From Pseudorhodobacter sp. (GTDB taxonomy: Bacteria > Pseudomonadota > Alphaproteobacteria > Rhodobacterales > Rhodobacteraceae), in contig NZ_JAKDLJ010000001.1 of assembly GCF_030452865.1 (NCBI RefSeq), positions 1 to 58,179 on the forward strand: 58,179 bases of DNA, in the 5' to 3' direction. How positions within the stretch are numbered: position 1 is the first letter of the stretch; each line of letters opens with the position of its first letter. This document shows positions 1 to 9,457 of the stretch, piece by piece. The notes beneath the pieces are model-generated. The model had not been told where the DNA came from. It was given only the letters and a program-made list of their open reading frames with translations, and did no database searches. Made by a program: the position numbers and the translations under genes.

Positions 1-34
1 CAAGGTTATGTAATATATTGATTTCATTGGACAA

Positions 35-2377
35 TCATTCCTTCCAGAATTTGGGTCGCGCGGCATAGTCTGCGCCGAAGGCATTCAGCCCGGCCTGACC
101 ACCGCCAAGGGCTGTCAGAAGCGGCCCAAGGGCCTTGAGATCGACATTCAGCACCGTTGAACTGCGCGGGGTGCGCGACAGCACCATCCGCTGGCCCGGG
201 ATCGGGCTCAGGACAAAGTCCAACTCGCCATCTGTCAGCCGAAACCCGTCATAGTCGGAACTTGCCGCTTCGCCGTTCGGGAACAGCAGCTGGTTCGGCA
301 GCGCCTCCAGGATCGAACGAGCTTTTGACCCTCGGATTTGGCTTGGGAACTGCGTCATCATCACGACCACGACGTTCTTCTTGCGGGCCGTTACCAGCCA
401 TTCGGCGAGTTTCTTGGCGAAGTATTCGTCGTCGAGCACTTTCCAAGCCTCGTCGATCAGGATGAGCGTCGGGCGCTTTTCTTCGATCAGCATCTCGATG
501 CGGCGGAAGAGATAGCCTAGGATCGCGGTGCGCTCGGTGCCGAGATCGAGGATCTCTGTCAGATCGACGGCCGTGACGTCATGGCTGGTGAAATCCACCA
601 CCGGCTCGGCGGCCTCACCGAAAACCCAGCCATAACGACCCTCGGGCCCCCATTCGCTGATCCGCTGCGCGAGATCGAGGCCATCGCCGACATCACCGAA
701 GAGTTCCTGAAACGCGCGGAAGTTCCGAAGACCTTCCCGGGCTTTGCCGTTCTGGGAAATCGCCGACTTCAGAGCCTCAGATTGCAGCGGTGTCATCGGC
801 CCGCTGCGCTGTTCCAACAACGCCACGAGCCAGTCCAGAAACCACGCTTCACCGCGCTCACCGGATTCCGTGGCCAGCGGGTTCAACCCAGTCGGCCGTC
901 CGGCACAGATTTCGGCGTAGCGGCCACCAAGGGCGCGAACCGCCATTTTGAGACCAGCTTCTTTGTCGAAGATGATCGTTCGGCCCCCTGCTCGTTGGGC
1001 CTGGGCTGCGAGGAAGGCGACAGTCGTAGTCTTGCCGCCGCCGGACTTGCCCAGGACGAGTGTGTGGCCGTTGGTCGGCTCGGCTGTTGGATCGCCGGGT
1101 TCATGAAAGCTGAACCGATGCAGCGAGCCTTGCAGGGTTTGGAACAGCGTCAGCGGCGTTTGCCACGGCAGGCGTGCGCTTTCCGTCCCGGTGTCGGCGG
1201 CGTGCAGCGCTGCCATATCGGCGAAGTTTAGGGACGAGACGGTCATGTCCCGCGCCCGGTAATCCATATTGCCGGGGTGCATGGCGAAGAACGCAGCTTC
1301 AAGGGCTGTGACCTCACGGACGAGCCGCATGCCGTTTTGATGCGCAATACCGCGGATGCGGGCGACCTCGGCGTCCAAGGCTGCCTGATCATTGGCAAAA
1401 ACGGTGATGGTCATCTGGTGGATGCCAAAGCCAAGCTCGCCGCTTTCCGATTTGTCGGCAGCCTCGAAAAGCTGCGCCTCGATCGTGGCGGCGATGTCTT
1501 CGGAGGCCCGCATTTGCGCAACCCGGCGTTTCACCCGTTCGGTGATGCTGCCGCGTTCGATCGGCGTATAGCTGTGGGTGATGATGGTGTCGCGGCTGGC
1601 CCCGAGTGCATCAAGCATGCCGGGCCAGGTCGAAGTGGCATATGATTTGACATAGAGAACGGCACCAACGCGGGGCGTGTCTGCGCCCTCTTCAACCGTG
1701 AACTGGCCTTTGCCAAAGCGGATGGCGGCATCGCTGGCATCCTCGGCGATGATGCCGAAGGCGCTGCGTGATTTAGCACGAAGCTCTCCGGTCAAAAGCG
1801 AGGCGTAGAAACCAATCAGGCTGCCATCACTGATCTTGAGACGGTGGGATTTGACGCCAAGACCCGTCTCGAGGATCGAGACCACTTCGCGCAATTCTTC
1901 GAGGCGCCGGTCGGTATCCTCGCCCCAGACTTTTGCGGCCGCCTTGCCAAAGAGCGGCACGGCCAGCGGGGCAACCTGCCGCCGGACCACGGTCAGGATC
2001 AGCACGGATTCCTGCAGATTGCGCCGTTGTAGCTCGCCGCCCCAGACCCGGTCGATATCGGCGGCAAAGCTCTGGCCGTGGATCGGTTTCAGCTGGGCTC
2101 GGGTAGGCCGCATCATCCGGTGCAGGTAGAAGCTGAACCGCTCATCCAGCGTGTCGAGGAGATGGGCGAATCCGGCCCGCAGCGCGGTGATCGCCGACGA
2201 CCCGGATGTGATCCCGTCGATGCCGGTCACTTCGAGGGAGATCATCAACCCGTTATCGCGGGTGCGCACCACCTCGTCATCCAGCTCGATGACATAAGGC
2301 AGATGTGCATAGATCCTCGGGTCAGCCGGGATCAGCGCCCGCGCCCTGCCCTTCAAACCCTCTCGTTCAAGAAACAT
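35..2377 (-). CDS. virB4: Type IV secretion ATPase VirB4
   Basis: 780 aa; Walker A GKSGGGKTT, Walker B LILIDEAW, RKKN..MMTQ motif; follows virB2/virB3. Confidence 0.92.
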   Translation of the reverse strand: MFLEREGLKGRARALIPADPRIYAHLPYVIELDDEVVRTRDNGLMISLEVTGIDGITSGSSAITALRAGFAHLLDTLDERFSFYLHRMMRPTRAQLKPIHGQSFAADIDRVWGGELQRRNLQESVLILTVVRRQVAPLAVPLFGKAAAKVWGEDTDRRLEELREVVSILETGLGVKSHRLKISDGSLIGFYASLLTGELRAKSRSAFGIIAEDASDAAIRFGKGQFTVEEGADTPRVGAVLYVKSYATSTWPGMLDALGASRDTIITHSYTPIERGSITERVKRRVAQMRASEDIAATIEAQLFEAADKSESGELGFGIHQMTITVFANDQAALDAEVARIRGIAHQNGMRLVREVTALEAAFFAMHPGNMDYRARDMTVSSLNFADMAALHAADTGTESARLPWQTPLTLFQTLQGSLHRFSFHEPGDPTAEPTNGHTLVLGKSGGGKTTTVAFLAAQAQRAGGRTIIFDKEAGLKMAVRALGGRYAEICAGRPTGLNPLATESGERGEAWFLDWLVALLEQRSGPMTPLQSEALKSAISQNGKAREGLRNFRAFQELFGDVGDGLDLAQRISEWGPEGRYGWVFGEAAEPVVDFTSHDVTAVDLTEILDLGTERTAILGYLFRRIEMLIEEKRPTLILIDEAWKVLDDEYFAKKLAEWLVTARKKNVVVVMMTQFPSQIRGSKARSILEALPNQLLFPNGEAASSDYDGFRLTDGELDFVLSPIPGQRMVLSRTPRSSTVLNVDLKALGPLLTALGGGQAGLNAFGADYAARPKFWKE

Positions 2378-2633
2378 GACGCCGCCCCTTCCGTAGAATG
2401 GCCATCGGCGTCACCTGCATCATGACCGCAAAGACATGATGCCCATTCGGGTTCAGCTTGGTGGCCACGCGCGCCAGCCCGTACCAGATCGGGGCGGTCA
2501 GGAACCACCAGACCGGTTTGAACAGAATGAAGGGCAGCACGGTCATTGCACCCACTGCCATGGCATAGGGCATCGGCAGGCCAAGAAACTTGGCTTGCCG
2601 CGAGAGCCCGAGGATGACCGCGCTTTTCTCCAT
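2367..2633 (-). CDS. virB3: Type IV secretion protein VirB3
   Basis: Start reassigned to MEKSAVILGLSRQAKFLGLP; small 2-TM protein overlapping the virB4 start. Confidence 0.85.
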   Translation of the reverse strand: MEKSAVILGLSRQAKFLGLPMPYAMAVGAMTVLPFILFKPVWWFLTAPIWYGLARVATKLNPNGHHVFAVMMQVTPMAILRKGRRHVS

Positions 2634-2647
2634 GACCTGGTTATTTC

Positions 2648-2947
2648 TCAGCTGAAGGACGAGCGCAGGTTGGCGACGATGGCGGGGCCGGCGAAGACGA
2701 GGAAAGCGCCGACCACAACCAATGCAACCCAGGCCCAAGAGATGCGGTTGAAGGCCGCGAGGAAGCCTGTCACCACGAAGGCGATCCCGAAGAAGGCCGT
2801 CGCAAGGGTGCCCCGAAACGAGGCCAGAACGCCGGTTGCAACCGTTTCGGCCTTGGTGAAGACCACTTGCGCCAGCGCAGGCTCAGTTTGCGCCAGAAAA
2901 AGGGTGCAAAGGGTCAGGCCCAGAAGAGCCACGTTTTGGTTACGCAT
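2648..2947 (-). CDS. virB2: VirB2/TrbC family pilin
   Basis: MRNQNV start with AAGGA RBS; signal peptide (..PALA/Q) plus two hydrophobic segments; directly upstream of virB3. Confidence 0.8.
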   Translation of the reverse strand: MRNQNVALLGLTLCTLFLAQTEPALAQVVFTKAETVATGVLASFRGTLATAFFGIAFVVTGFLAAFNRISWAWVALVVVGAFLVFAGPAIVANLRSSFS

Positions 2948-2969
2948 TGGGTGAATTGTCCTTCTTGGT

Positions 2970-3689
2970 TCAGAGTTCGGTGAGGATGCGGTCATAGACC
3001 GCCATCACCTTGACGATGTGGGATTGGGTCTCGGCGTAGGGTGGCACGCCGTCGTATTTGCGCACCGCTTCGGGGCCGGCATTGTAGGCGGCAAGGGCAA
3101 GCTCCAAGCTGCCAAAGGTTGCCATTTGTTCCAGAAGATAGCGCGCGCCGCCGTCGAGGTTTTCGATAGGGTCGGCAGGATCGACGTTGAGGTAGTCAGC
3201 CGTCCCAGGCATCAACTGCGCGAGACCGAGGGCACCAGCATGGCTGACAGCCCCTTGGGTGTAATTGCTTTCAACCTTGATCATCGCCTGAAAGAAAGCG
3301 GACCATTCGGCGGGTGTAAGGTCCAGCCGCGCCAGAGCCGGGTGGTCCTGATAGCGGGTGGCAATCAGCCGAATCGACGGCAGGACATCCCGTGGGGCTG
3401 CAACCCCTTTGGTGCTGAAGGAGACATCAGCGGCGGCTTCTGCCCCCTCCCCTTCCCGGGTCTCTTCTTCAACTGGTTCAGGGTGAACAGGAACAATGAG
3501 CTGCCCCTGACCATCATAGCGCAGGACGGATGAATCAAGTGCTGCAAGCTGGACTTCACCGCCCTGCCCTGCTGGTTCATTCCAGCGGATCACTTCCGCC
3601 TGGGCGGCTCCGCATGCCAGTGCAGACAGCGCCAGCGACAGCAGGTACGTCGAGATGGTCGAGGTTGAGCTTGCCGAAGGCGAGACCAA
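2970..3689 (-). CDS. Lytic transglycosylase (VirB1-like, SLT domain)
   Basis: IKVESNY, GALGLAQLMP, ALAAYNAG, ETQ motifs; signal peptide ..ACGAAQA; start uncertain (TTG 3689 assumed). Confidence 0.85.
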   Translation of the reverse strand: MVSPSASSTSTISTYLLSLALSALACGAAQAEVIRWNEPAGQGGEVQLAALDSSVLRYDGQGQLIVPVHPEPVEEETREGEGAEAAADVSFSTKGVAAPRDVLPSIRLIATRYQDHPALARLDLTPAEWSAFFQAMIKVESNYTQGAVSHAGALGLAQLMPGTADYLNVDPADPIENLDGGARYLLEQMATFGSLELALAAYNAGPEAVRKYDGVPPYAETQSHIVKVMAVYDRILTEL

Positions 3690-3915
3690 ACATGCCGATT
3701 GGCGAGTTGACGATACGTTCCCGCGCAAGGGCCGTGACCAGCAGGAAACGCTCGCCCGTGGGGCTGACAACGTAAAACAGCCATTCCCCCGAGAACCGTT
3801 CGTCGGGGTTGGGCGCACTGACACACTCGATCTCAACAGTCGCTCCTTCGGTAGCGGCCAGCTTGCGAAAGTCACGCTCGAGCAAGACAGGCAATGCGCG
3901 CCGTTTGGTATTCAT
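3577..3915 (-). CDS. Hypothetical protein at the head of the T4SS operon
   Basis: ATG at 3915 with GAGGGG RBS (MNTKRRALPVLLERDFRK...); 112 aa. Confidence 0.6.
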   Translation of the reverse strand: MNTKRRALPVLLERDFRKLAATEGATVEIECVSAPNPDERFSGEWLFYVVSPTGERFLLVTALARERIVNSPIGMFGLAFGKLNLDHLDVPAVAGAVCTGMRSRPGGSDPLE

Positions 3916-4176
3916 GGGGTCCCCTCGGATCATCTGTTGGGAACGTTGTATCGCAGATTTCTTTGTGAGGCGATGCCTAACAGAAAGTATGGCGCATTCA
4001 ACACAAAAATGACAAACACGATAAAAGAAGGGCGTGCGGCCGAACCTGCGGTTGATCCGGCGGGCGTGCCATGCGGGCAGCTGCACCGGTCGGCCCTCGA
4101 GAAACTGGAGCAAGGTTGTGAGACGCAGACGTTGAGAAAAGTCCAAGAAATATTGGTATTCTTGCCAGTCTCGAGA

Positions 4177-4515
4177 ATGGTCTCATGGTGTGGCCAGGCT
4201 CATCGGAAGCGACGAACAGCGCTGTATCTGGCCGGGATCATCCTTGCGGCTTTCGCGAACTCCGCAGCTTTCGCACAACCAGAGGTGATTCGCTGCGTTC
4301 CGCCCGAAGTGCCGTTCACCGACCTTCCCGACGCAGTTCTCGCCGAGTACCGCACAGAAATCGCCGCCGAGTTCGAGACCTACTTCGCGGCCGTCAGCTC
4401 CCACATCGCCTGTCTCGACACAGAGCGCAGTCGCGCTTTGTCGGAAGCCCGTGTGGCCACCGAGGCCTATTCCGCCTTCCTCAACATCCCCTCAGCCCAG
4501 AAGGACCTCCCATGA
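4177..4515 (+). CDS. Secreted hypothetical protein
   Basis: Signal-like LAGIILAAFANSAAFA, two Cys, helical body; stop overlaps next ATG (ATGA); start uncertain. Confidence 0.6.
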   Translation: MVSWCGQAHRKRRTALYLAGIILAAFANSAAFAQPEVIRCVPPEVPFTDLPDAVLAEYRTEIAAEFETYFAAVSSHIACLDTERSRALSEARVATEAYSAFLNIPSAQKDLP

Positions 4516-5150
4516 AACCTCTCCTCCCTGCCCTGCTCCTTGGTCTTGGCATCTCCACCGCAAGCATCACACCGGCAGCTGCCTACCCCGTCGATTGCGC
4601 GATCCTTCTCTGTCTCGCCGGGGGTTGGCCTGCTTCGGCCGAATGCGCCTATGCCCGCGCAGTTTTCATCCGCCGCATCACGCCTTGGCCCATTGAGCCG
4701 CCATTGCAAATCTGGAACTGTCCGATGCGGGTGAGTTTCCGCGGCGAGGCGAAGCCGATAGAGCGCCTGTTCGACATCGCTGTGCGTGGTGAGCTTGTGC
4801 CGCTCGTCTCAGTTCCGGAAACGCCCTTTGCACTTCAGCTTGTCCAGGATCAGGCGGATGTCGACATATCGGACCCGGCGTTTGACTTCGTCCGCTCGAT
4901 CCGCGTGTTCGAGATCACATATCAGCAGCGGCGCAGCTCTGATGGCGACTGCAACAGTTGGGGCAGTGTCTACATGGGCAGCTACGGCGATCAAGGAGAA
5001 TACAGCCGTCGTCGGAGCAGCGTTTCTGCAGTTCCGACGGCCTCAGATCTCGCCGTGCCGGCAGACTGTCGCAGCTATTGGCACCGGTCTGTCTTCGTCG
5101 AGTGGCGCGACTATGAAGGCAGCTACGGACACGAAGAGGTTCACTATTGA
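4512..5150 (+). CDS. Secreted Cys-rich protein, possibly TrbM/KikA-like
   Basis: AAGGA RBS, signal peptide, DCAILLCLAGG..C..F..WNCP pattern. Confidence 0.6.
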   Translation: MKPLLPALLLGLGISTASITPAAAYPVDCAILLCLAGGWPASAECAYARAVFIRRITPWPIEPPLQIWNCPMRVSFRGEAKPIERLFDIAVRGELVPLVSVPETPFALQLVQDQADVDISDPAFDFVRSIRVFEITYQQRRSSDGDCNSWGSVYMGSYGDQGEYSRRRSSVSAVPTASDLAVPADCRSYWHRSVFVEWRDYEGSYGHEEVHY

Positions 5151-5366
5151 GAACCTGAACGACCGCCCTCCCTCGAAACGATCGAAAGACCGGATCCCCA
5201 GAAACAGAAACGACGCCAGACCATAGGCCCGACGCCGCACTGATTTCCTCGTGGTAGTGGGAATCTAGCGCGAGCTTTGGGTCCGTTCAACCGGCAAATG
5301 CCTTTGCCGGAACGAAATCTTGCACGGCTCACGGTCTGGTGTCGCCCCAAGACGGAACGACACATC

Positions 5367-6212
5367 ATGGAACTCACGACCGGCGCCATCCTGCGCCGCA
5401 TCACCGAAACACCGCTCTCCACTGCGGCCCATAAGCTCGCGACGATCATCCTCGACGGCATCGCCTGGAAGGATGGCTACAACGGGCTTGAACGCGGAAC
5501 GGCCGCGTTCACGCTGGCGCACCTCGCCGAAAAGATGGGGGTTTCCCGGCAGCATCTGACGGCGCTCCTGGTCGAGCTCGCGGCGTCCGGCTTGGCGCTG
5601 GCCCGGTGGAAGCCCAATGGCAAGTTTGCGCCCTGGCTGTTCCGGTTCGGGGGGCATATCGCAACTGGAACAGCGCCAGATGTCGTGTCATCTGCAGGCG
5701 ACACATCACTATCTAGAGACTCTAAGAACAAAACTATCTTTGCAGGAAAGATCGAGATCGGCGCAGTAGCCAGCGTCTACCACACGCCTTGGGGAGAATT
5801 GATCAAGTCAGCGAAGGCCTTGCTGGCCTGCTGGAACGTCGATACGCAGATCATCTGGGAACGTTTCCTGACTTTCAACCGGTCGCGCGGCAATGCCCAT
5901 GTCCCGGCTGGCTACTTGCTCGGCTTCATGCGGCGCTGGCGGACCAGTTCGTCAAGCCGGGCTCCAGCGTTTTCATCGAAGCCGGAGCCGCTGGCCAAAG
6001 AAGATCCCAAAACGCTCGAGCTCCATCAGCAGATTCGGGCTGCTCCGAGCGCCAACCGACAGTTTCACGCATCGGATTTGTGCAGCCTGATTGGCCAAGC
6101 CGCCTACGATGCTCGTATCCTAGATGTCGTCCGACAGTTCGGCTGTCCAACGTTCACTGCAATCCTCGCCGTGCACGGACGCGCCGTTTTGGCAGGAGAA
6201 ATCTCCCGATGA
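5367..6212 (+). CDS. Helix-turn-helix domain protein (replication-initiator-like architecture)
   Basis: HTH FTLAHLAEKMGVSRQHLTALLVEL; AT-richer central linker; start could be 5298. Confidence 0.6.
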   Translation: MELTTGAILRRITETPLSTAAHKLATIILDGIAWKDGYNGLERGTAAFTLAHLAEKMGVSRQHLTALLVELAASGLALARWKPNGKFAPWLFRFGGHIATGTAPDVVSSAGDTSLSRDSKNKTIFAGKIEIGAVASVYHTPWGELIKSAKALLACWNVDTQIIWERFLTFNRSRGNAHVPAGYLLGFMRRWRTSSSSRAPAFSSKPEPLAKEDPKTLELHQQIRAAPSANRQFHASDLCSLIGQAAYDARILDVVRQFGCPTFTAILAVHGRAVLAGEISR

Positions 6213-6286
6213 GATGGCTTGATGCGGAAGGGAGACCTCGGACTTGCGTGCTCCAATCATTTTTGCTGGGGTTTCTCCGACTACTT

Positions 6287-9200
6287 TCAGGCCAGGGATT
6301 GACCCATTGGCTTCATGACGGCACCACCGTTGGCTATGTCTTTTGCCTTCGCCAGACCGCGCCCCTTGATCAGTGCGTAGACAGCCGGAATCACGACCAA
6401 CGTCAGGATGGTGGACGACACCATGCCGCCGATCATCGGCACGGCGATACGGCTCATGACCTCGGACCCTGTGCCATGTGCCCAGAGGATCGGCATCAGG
6501 CCCGCCATGATGGCCACCACGGTCATCATCTTAGGCCGCACCCGTTCTACCGCACCTACCATGATCGCGGCATCCAGATCGGCGCGGGTGAAGGCGCGGC
6601 CCGCTCGGACTACATCAGCTCGGCGTTCCGCCAGCGCATGGTCGAGATAGATCAGCATGATCACGCCGGTTTCCGCCGCCACGCCGGCCAGCGCGATGAA
6701 CCCGACAGCGACTGCCACGGAGGTGTTGAACCCCATCCACCACATCAGCCAGACCCCGCCGACGAGCGCGAAAGGCAGCGATAGCATGACGATCAGGGTC
6801 TCGGTCAGGCGGCGGAAGTTCAGAAAGAGAAGCAGAAAGATTACCGCCAACGTGATCGGCACGACGATTGCCAGCCGAGCCTTGGCACGTTCGAGGTATT
6901 CGAACTGACCGCTCCAGCCCAGCGAATAGCCGGGCGGCAGGATCACTTCGCCAGCCACTGCCGCTTGTGCCTCGGCGACATAGCCGCCCAGATCGCGGCC
7001 CGCGATGTCCACGAAGATGTAGACGGCAAGCTGACCGTTCTCAGTGCGGATCGACGTCGCACCCCGTGTACGCTCGACAGCGGCGACCTCGCCCAGGGGC
7101 ACAGTGCCACCATCCGGAAGTGCCACCTGCACCTCCCGCGCGATGGCCTCGGGATCCTGTCGCAGCGCCGCGGGATAGCGCAATGCCACGTTGTAGCGCT
7201 CGCGTCCCTCGACGGTCTGGGTGATCGCCTCGGCCCCAAGCGCCATGGCGATAACCTCCTGCACGTCCTGGATCGACAGGCCGTAACGCGCCAGCCGTTC
7301 CCGGTCGGGCACGATGTCGAGGTAATAGCCGCCGATGACCCGTTCGGCATAGGCGCTGGTGGTGCCGGGAACATTCCGCAACACCGCCTCGACCTGCCGC
7401 GCGACTGCCTCCATTTCTGTAAGGTCGGTGCCGAAGACTTTCACCCCCACAGGCGTGCGGATGCCGGTGGCCAGCATATCGATGCGGGCGCGGATCGGCT
7501 GGGTCCAGGCGTTCGAGACGCCGGGGAATTGCAGGGCGGCGTCCATTTCCAGCCGCAGACTTTCCATCGTGACGCCTTCGCGCCACTCATCCTTCGGCTT
7601 TAGCTGAATGATCGTCTCGAACATCTCGGTCGGGGCCGGGTCGGTTGCCGTCAGCGCACGTCCCGCCTTGCCGAAGACTGTCTCGACTTCCGGGAAGCTG
7701 CGGATGATGCGGTCCTGCATCTGCATCAACTCCGCGGCCTTGGTGACGGACAGGCCCGGCAGGGTGGTGGGCATGTACATCATCGTGCCCTCGTCCAGAG
7801 CGGGCATGAATTCGGACCCCAACTGCCGCGCGGGCCAGATTGTGGCGACCAGTGCCACCAGCGCGAGGGTGATTGTGAACACCCGCGCCCGCAGCACCCA
7901 TTGGATGACGGGTCGGTAGATCGCGATCAGGGCGCGATTCACCGGGTTGCGGTGTTCCGGCACGATCCGGCCGCGCACGAAGATCACCATCAGCGCGGGC
8001 ACCAGCGTCACCGACAAGAGCGCTGCTGCTGCCATGGCGAAAGTTTTGGTTGCAGCCAAGGGGCCGAATAGGCGGCCCTCTTGCCCTTCCAGCGCGAAGA
8101 TCGGCAGGAAGGAGACGGTGATAATCAGCAGGCTGAAGAACAGTGCCGGTCCGACCTCTGACGCCGCTTCGATCAGCACTTCCACCCGTGGTTTGCCGGG
8201 TTCGGCTCGCTCCAGGTGCTTATGGGCGTTTTCAATCATCACGATGGCGGCGTCGATCATCGCGCCAATGGCGATAGCGATGCCGCCAAGGCTCATGATA
8301 TTGGCCCCGATGCCAAGCGCGCGCATGGCGGTGAAGGCCATCAAGAGGCCCACCGGCAGCATGATGATGGCGACCAGCGACGAGCGGACATGCAGCAGGA
8401 AGACAAATGTGACCAGCGCCACGACGATGCTTTCCTCGAGAAGTGTCGTCCGCAGGGTTTCAATGGCTGACAGGATCAGGCTGGACCGGTCATACACGGT
8501 GACGATCTCCACCCCCTCGGGCAGGCTTTGCGCGATGGTGTCGATCTCGGCCTTGGCGTTGTCGATCACATCGAGTGCATTGGCACCCACACGTTGAAGC
8601 ACGATGCCGCTGGCCACTTCGCCCTCGCCGTCAAGCTCTGCGATGCCCCGACGCTCATCGGGCACGATCTCGACCCACGCTACATCGCGCAAGAGGACCG
8701 GGACGCCGCCTTCGGCACGGATCGGGACCATCTCAAGATCACTGATGCCGTCCAGATAGCCGCGCCCCCGCACCATGAACTCGAATTCCGACAGCTCGAC
8801 CGTGCGCCCGCCGGTGTCCATATTGCTGGCCGCAACGGCCTCTCCGATCTCGGACAGGGTGATGCCAAGCGCCCGCATCCGCACCGGATCGACGGTGATC
8901 GAATATTGCTTGACGAAGCCGCCGACGCTGGCGACTTCCGACACGCCATCGGCACCGCTGATGGCAAAACGCATCACCCAATCTTGCAAGGACCTTAGCT
9001 CGGCCAGGCTCAGGTTTTCGCCCTTCAGCGCGTATTGATAGACCCAGCCCACGCCCGTTGCATCCGGCCCGAGCGCAGGTGTTACCCCGTCCGGCAGACG
9101 CGCGGCCGCAGCATTGAGGTATTCCAGCACGCGCGAGCGGGCCCAATAGGGGTCTACGCCATCTTCGAAGATGATGTAGACGAAAGAGATGCCGAAGAAC

Positions 9201-9457
9201 GAGAACCCCCGCACGACCCTTGATTGCGGCACGGTCAGCATGGCCGAGGTCAGGGGATAGGTGACCTGATCCTCGACCACCTGCGGCGCTTGCCCCGGGT
9301 ATTCGGTCAGCACGATCACCTGCACATCCGACAGATCGGGGATGGCGTCGATCGGCAGTGTGCGCAGGGACCAAAGGCCCGCAGCCACGGTAAAGACGGT
9401 GGCAAAGAGCACAAGCAGCACGTTGCGGGCCGACCATTCGATAATGCGGGCGATCAT
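6287..9457 (-). CDS. cusA: CusA/SilA family heavy-metal RND efflux permease
   Basis: 1056 aa; DAIPDLSDVQVIV, GPDATGVGWVYQY, AIGAMIDAAIVMIEN, RVRPKMMT. Confidence 0.95.
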   Translation of the reverse strand: MIARIIEWSARNVLLVLFATVFTVAAGLWSLRTLPIDAIPDLSDVQVIVLTEYPGQAPQVVEDQVTYPLTSAMLTVPQSRVVRGFSFFGISFVYIIFEDGVDPYWARSRVLEYLNAAAARLPDGVTPALGPDATGVGWVYQYALKGENLSLAELRSLQDWVMRFAISGADGVSEVASVGGFVKQYSITVDPVRMRALGITLSEIGEAVAASNMDTGGRTVELSEFEFMVRGRGYLDGISDLEMVPIRAEGGVPVLLRDVAWVEIVPDERRGIAELDGEGEVASGIVLQRVGANALDVIDNAKAEIDTIAQSLPEGVEIVTVYDRSSLILSAIETLRTTLLEESIVVALVTFVFLLHVRSSLVAIIMLPVGLLMAFTAMRALGIGANIMSLGGIAIAIGAMIDAAIVMIENAHKHLERAEPGKPRVEVLIEAASEVGPALFFSLLIITVSFLPIFALEGQEGRLFGPLAATKTFAMAAAALLSVTLVPALMVIFVRGRIVPEHRNPVNRALIAIYRPVIQWVLRARVFTITLALVALVATIWPARQLGSEFMPALDEGTMMYMPTTLPGLSVTKAAELMQMQDRIIRSFPEVETVFGKAGRALTATDPAPTEMFETIIQLKPKDEWREGVTMESLRLEMDAALQFPGVSNAWTQPIRARIDMLATGIRTPVGVKVFGTDLTEMEAVARQVEAVLRNVPGTTSAYAERVIGGYYLDIVPDRERLARYGLSIQDVQEVIAMALGAEAITQTVEGRERYNVALRYPAALRQDPEAIAREVQVALPDGGTVPLGEVAAVERTRGATSIRTENGQLAVYIFVDIAGRDLGGYVAEAQAAVAGEVILPPGYSLGWSGQFEYLERAKARLAIVVPITLAVIFLLLFLNFRRLTETLIVMLSLPFALVGGVWLMWWMGFNTSVAVAVGFIALAGVAAETGVIMLIYLDHALAERRADVVRAGRAFTRADLDAAIMVGAVERVRPKMMTVVAIMAGLMPILWAHGTGSEVMSRIAVPMIGGMVSSTILTLVVIPAVYALIKGRGLAKAKDIANGGAVMKPMGQSLA

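Noticed and set aside
11-23. IHF-consensus match TAATATATTGATT after virB4
   Set aside because: Short motif at the window edge; context cannot be evaluated
3655-4176. N-terminal extension of ORF 3655-4515
   Set aside because: Overlaps opposite-strand T4SS genes and the divergent promoter gap; only the signal-peptide-bearing 3' part looks real
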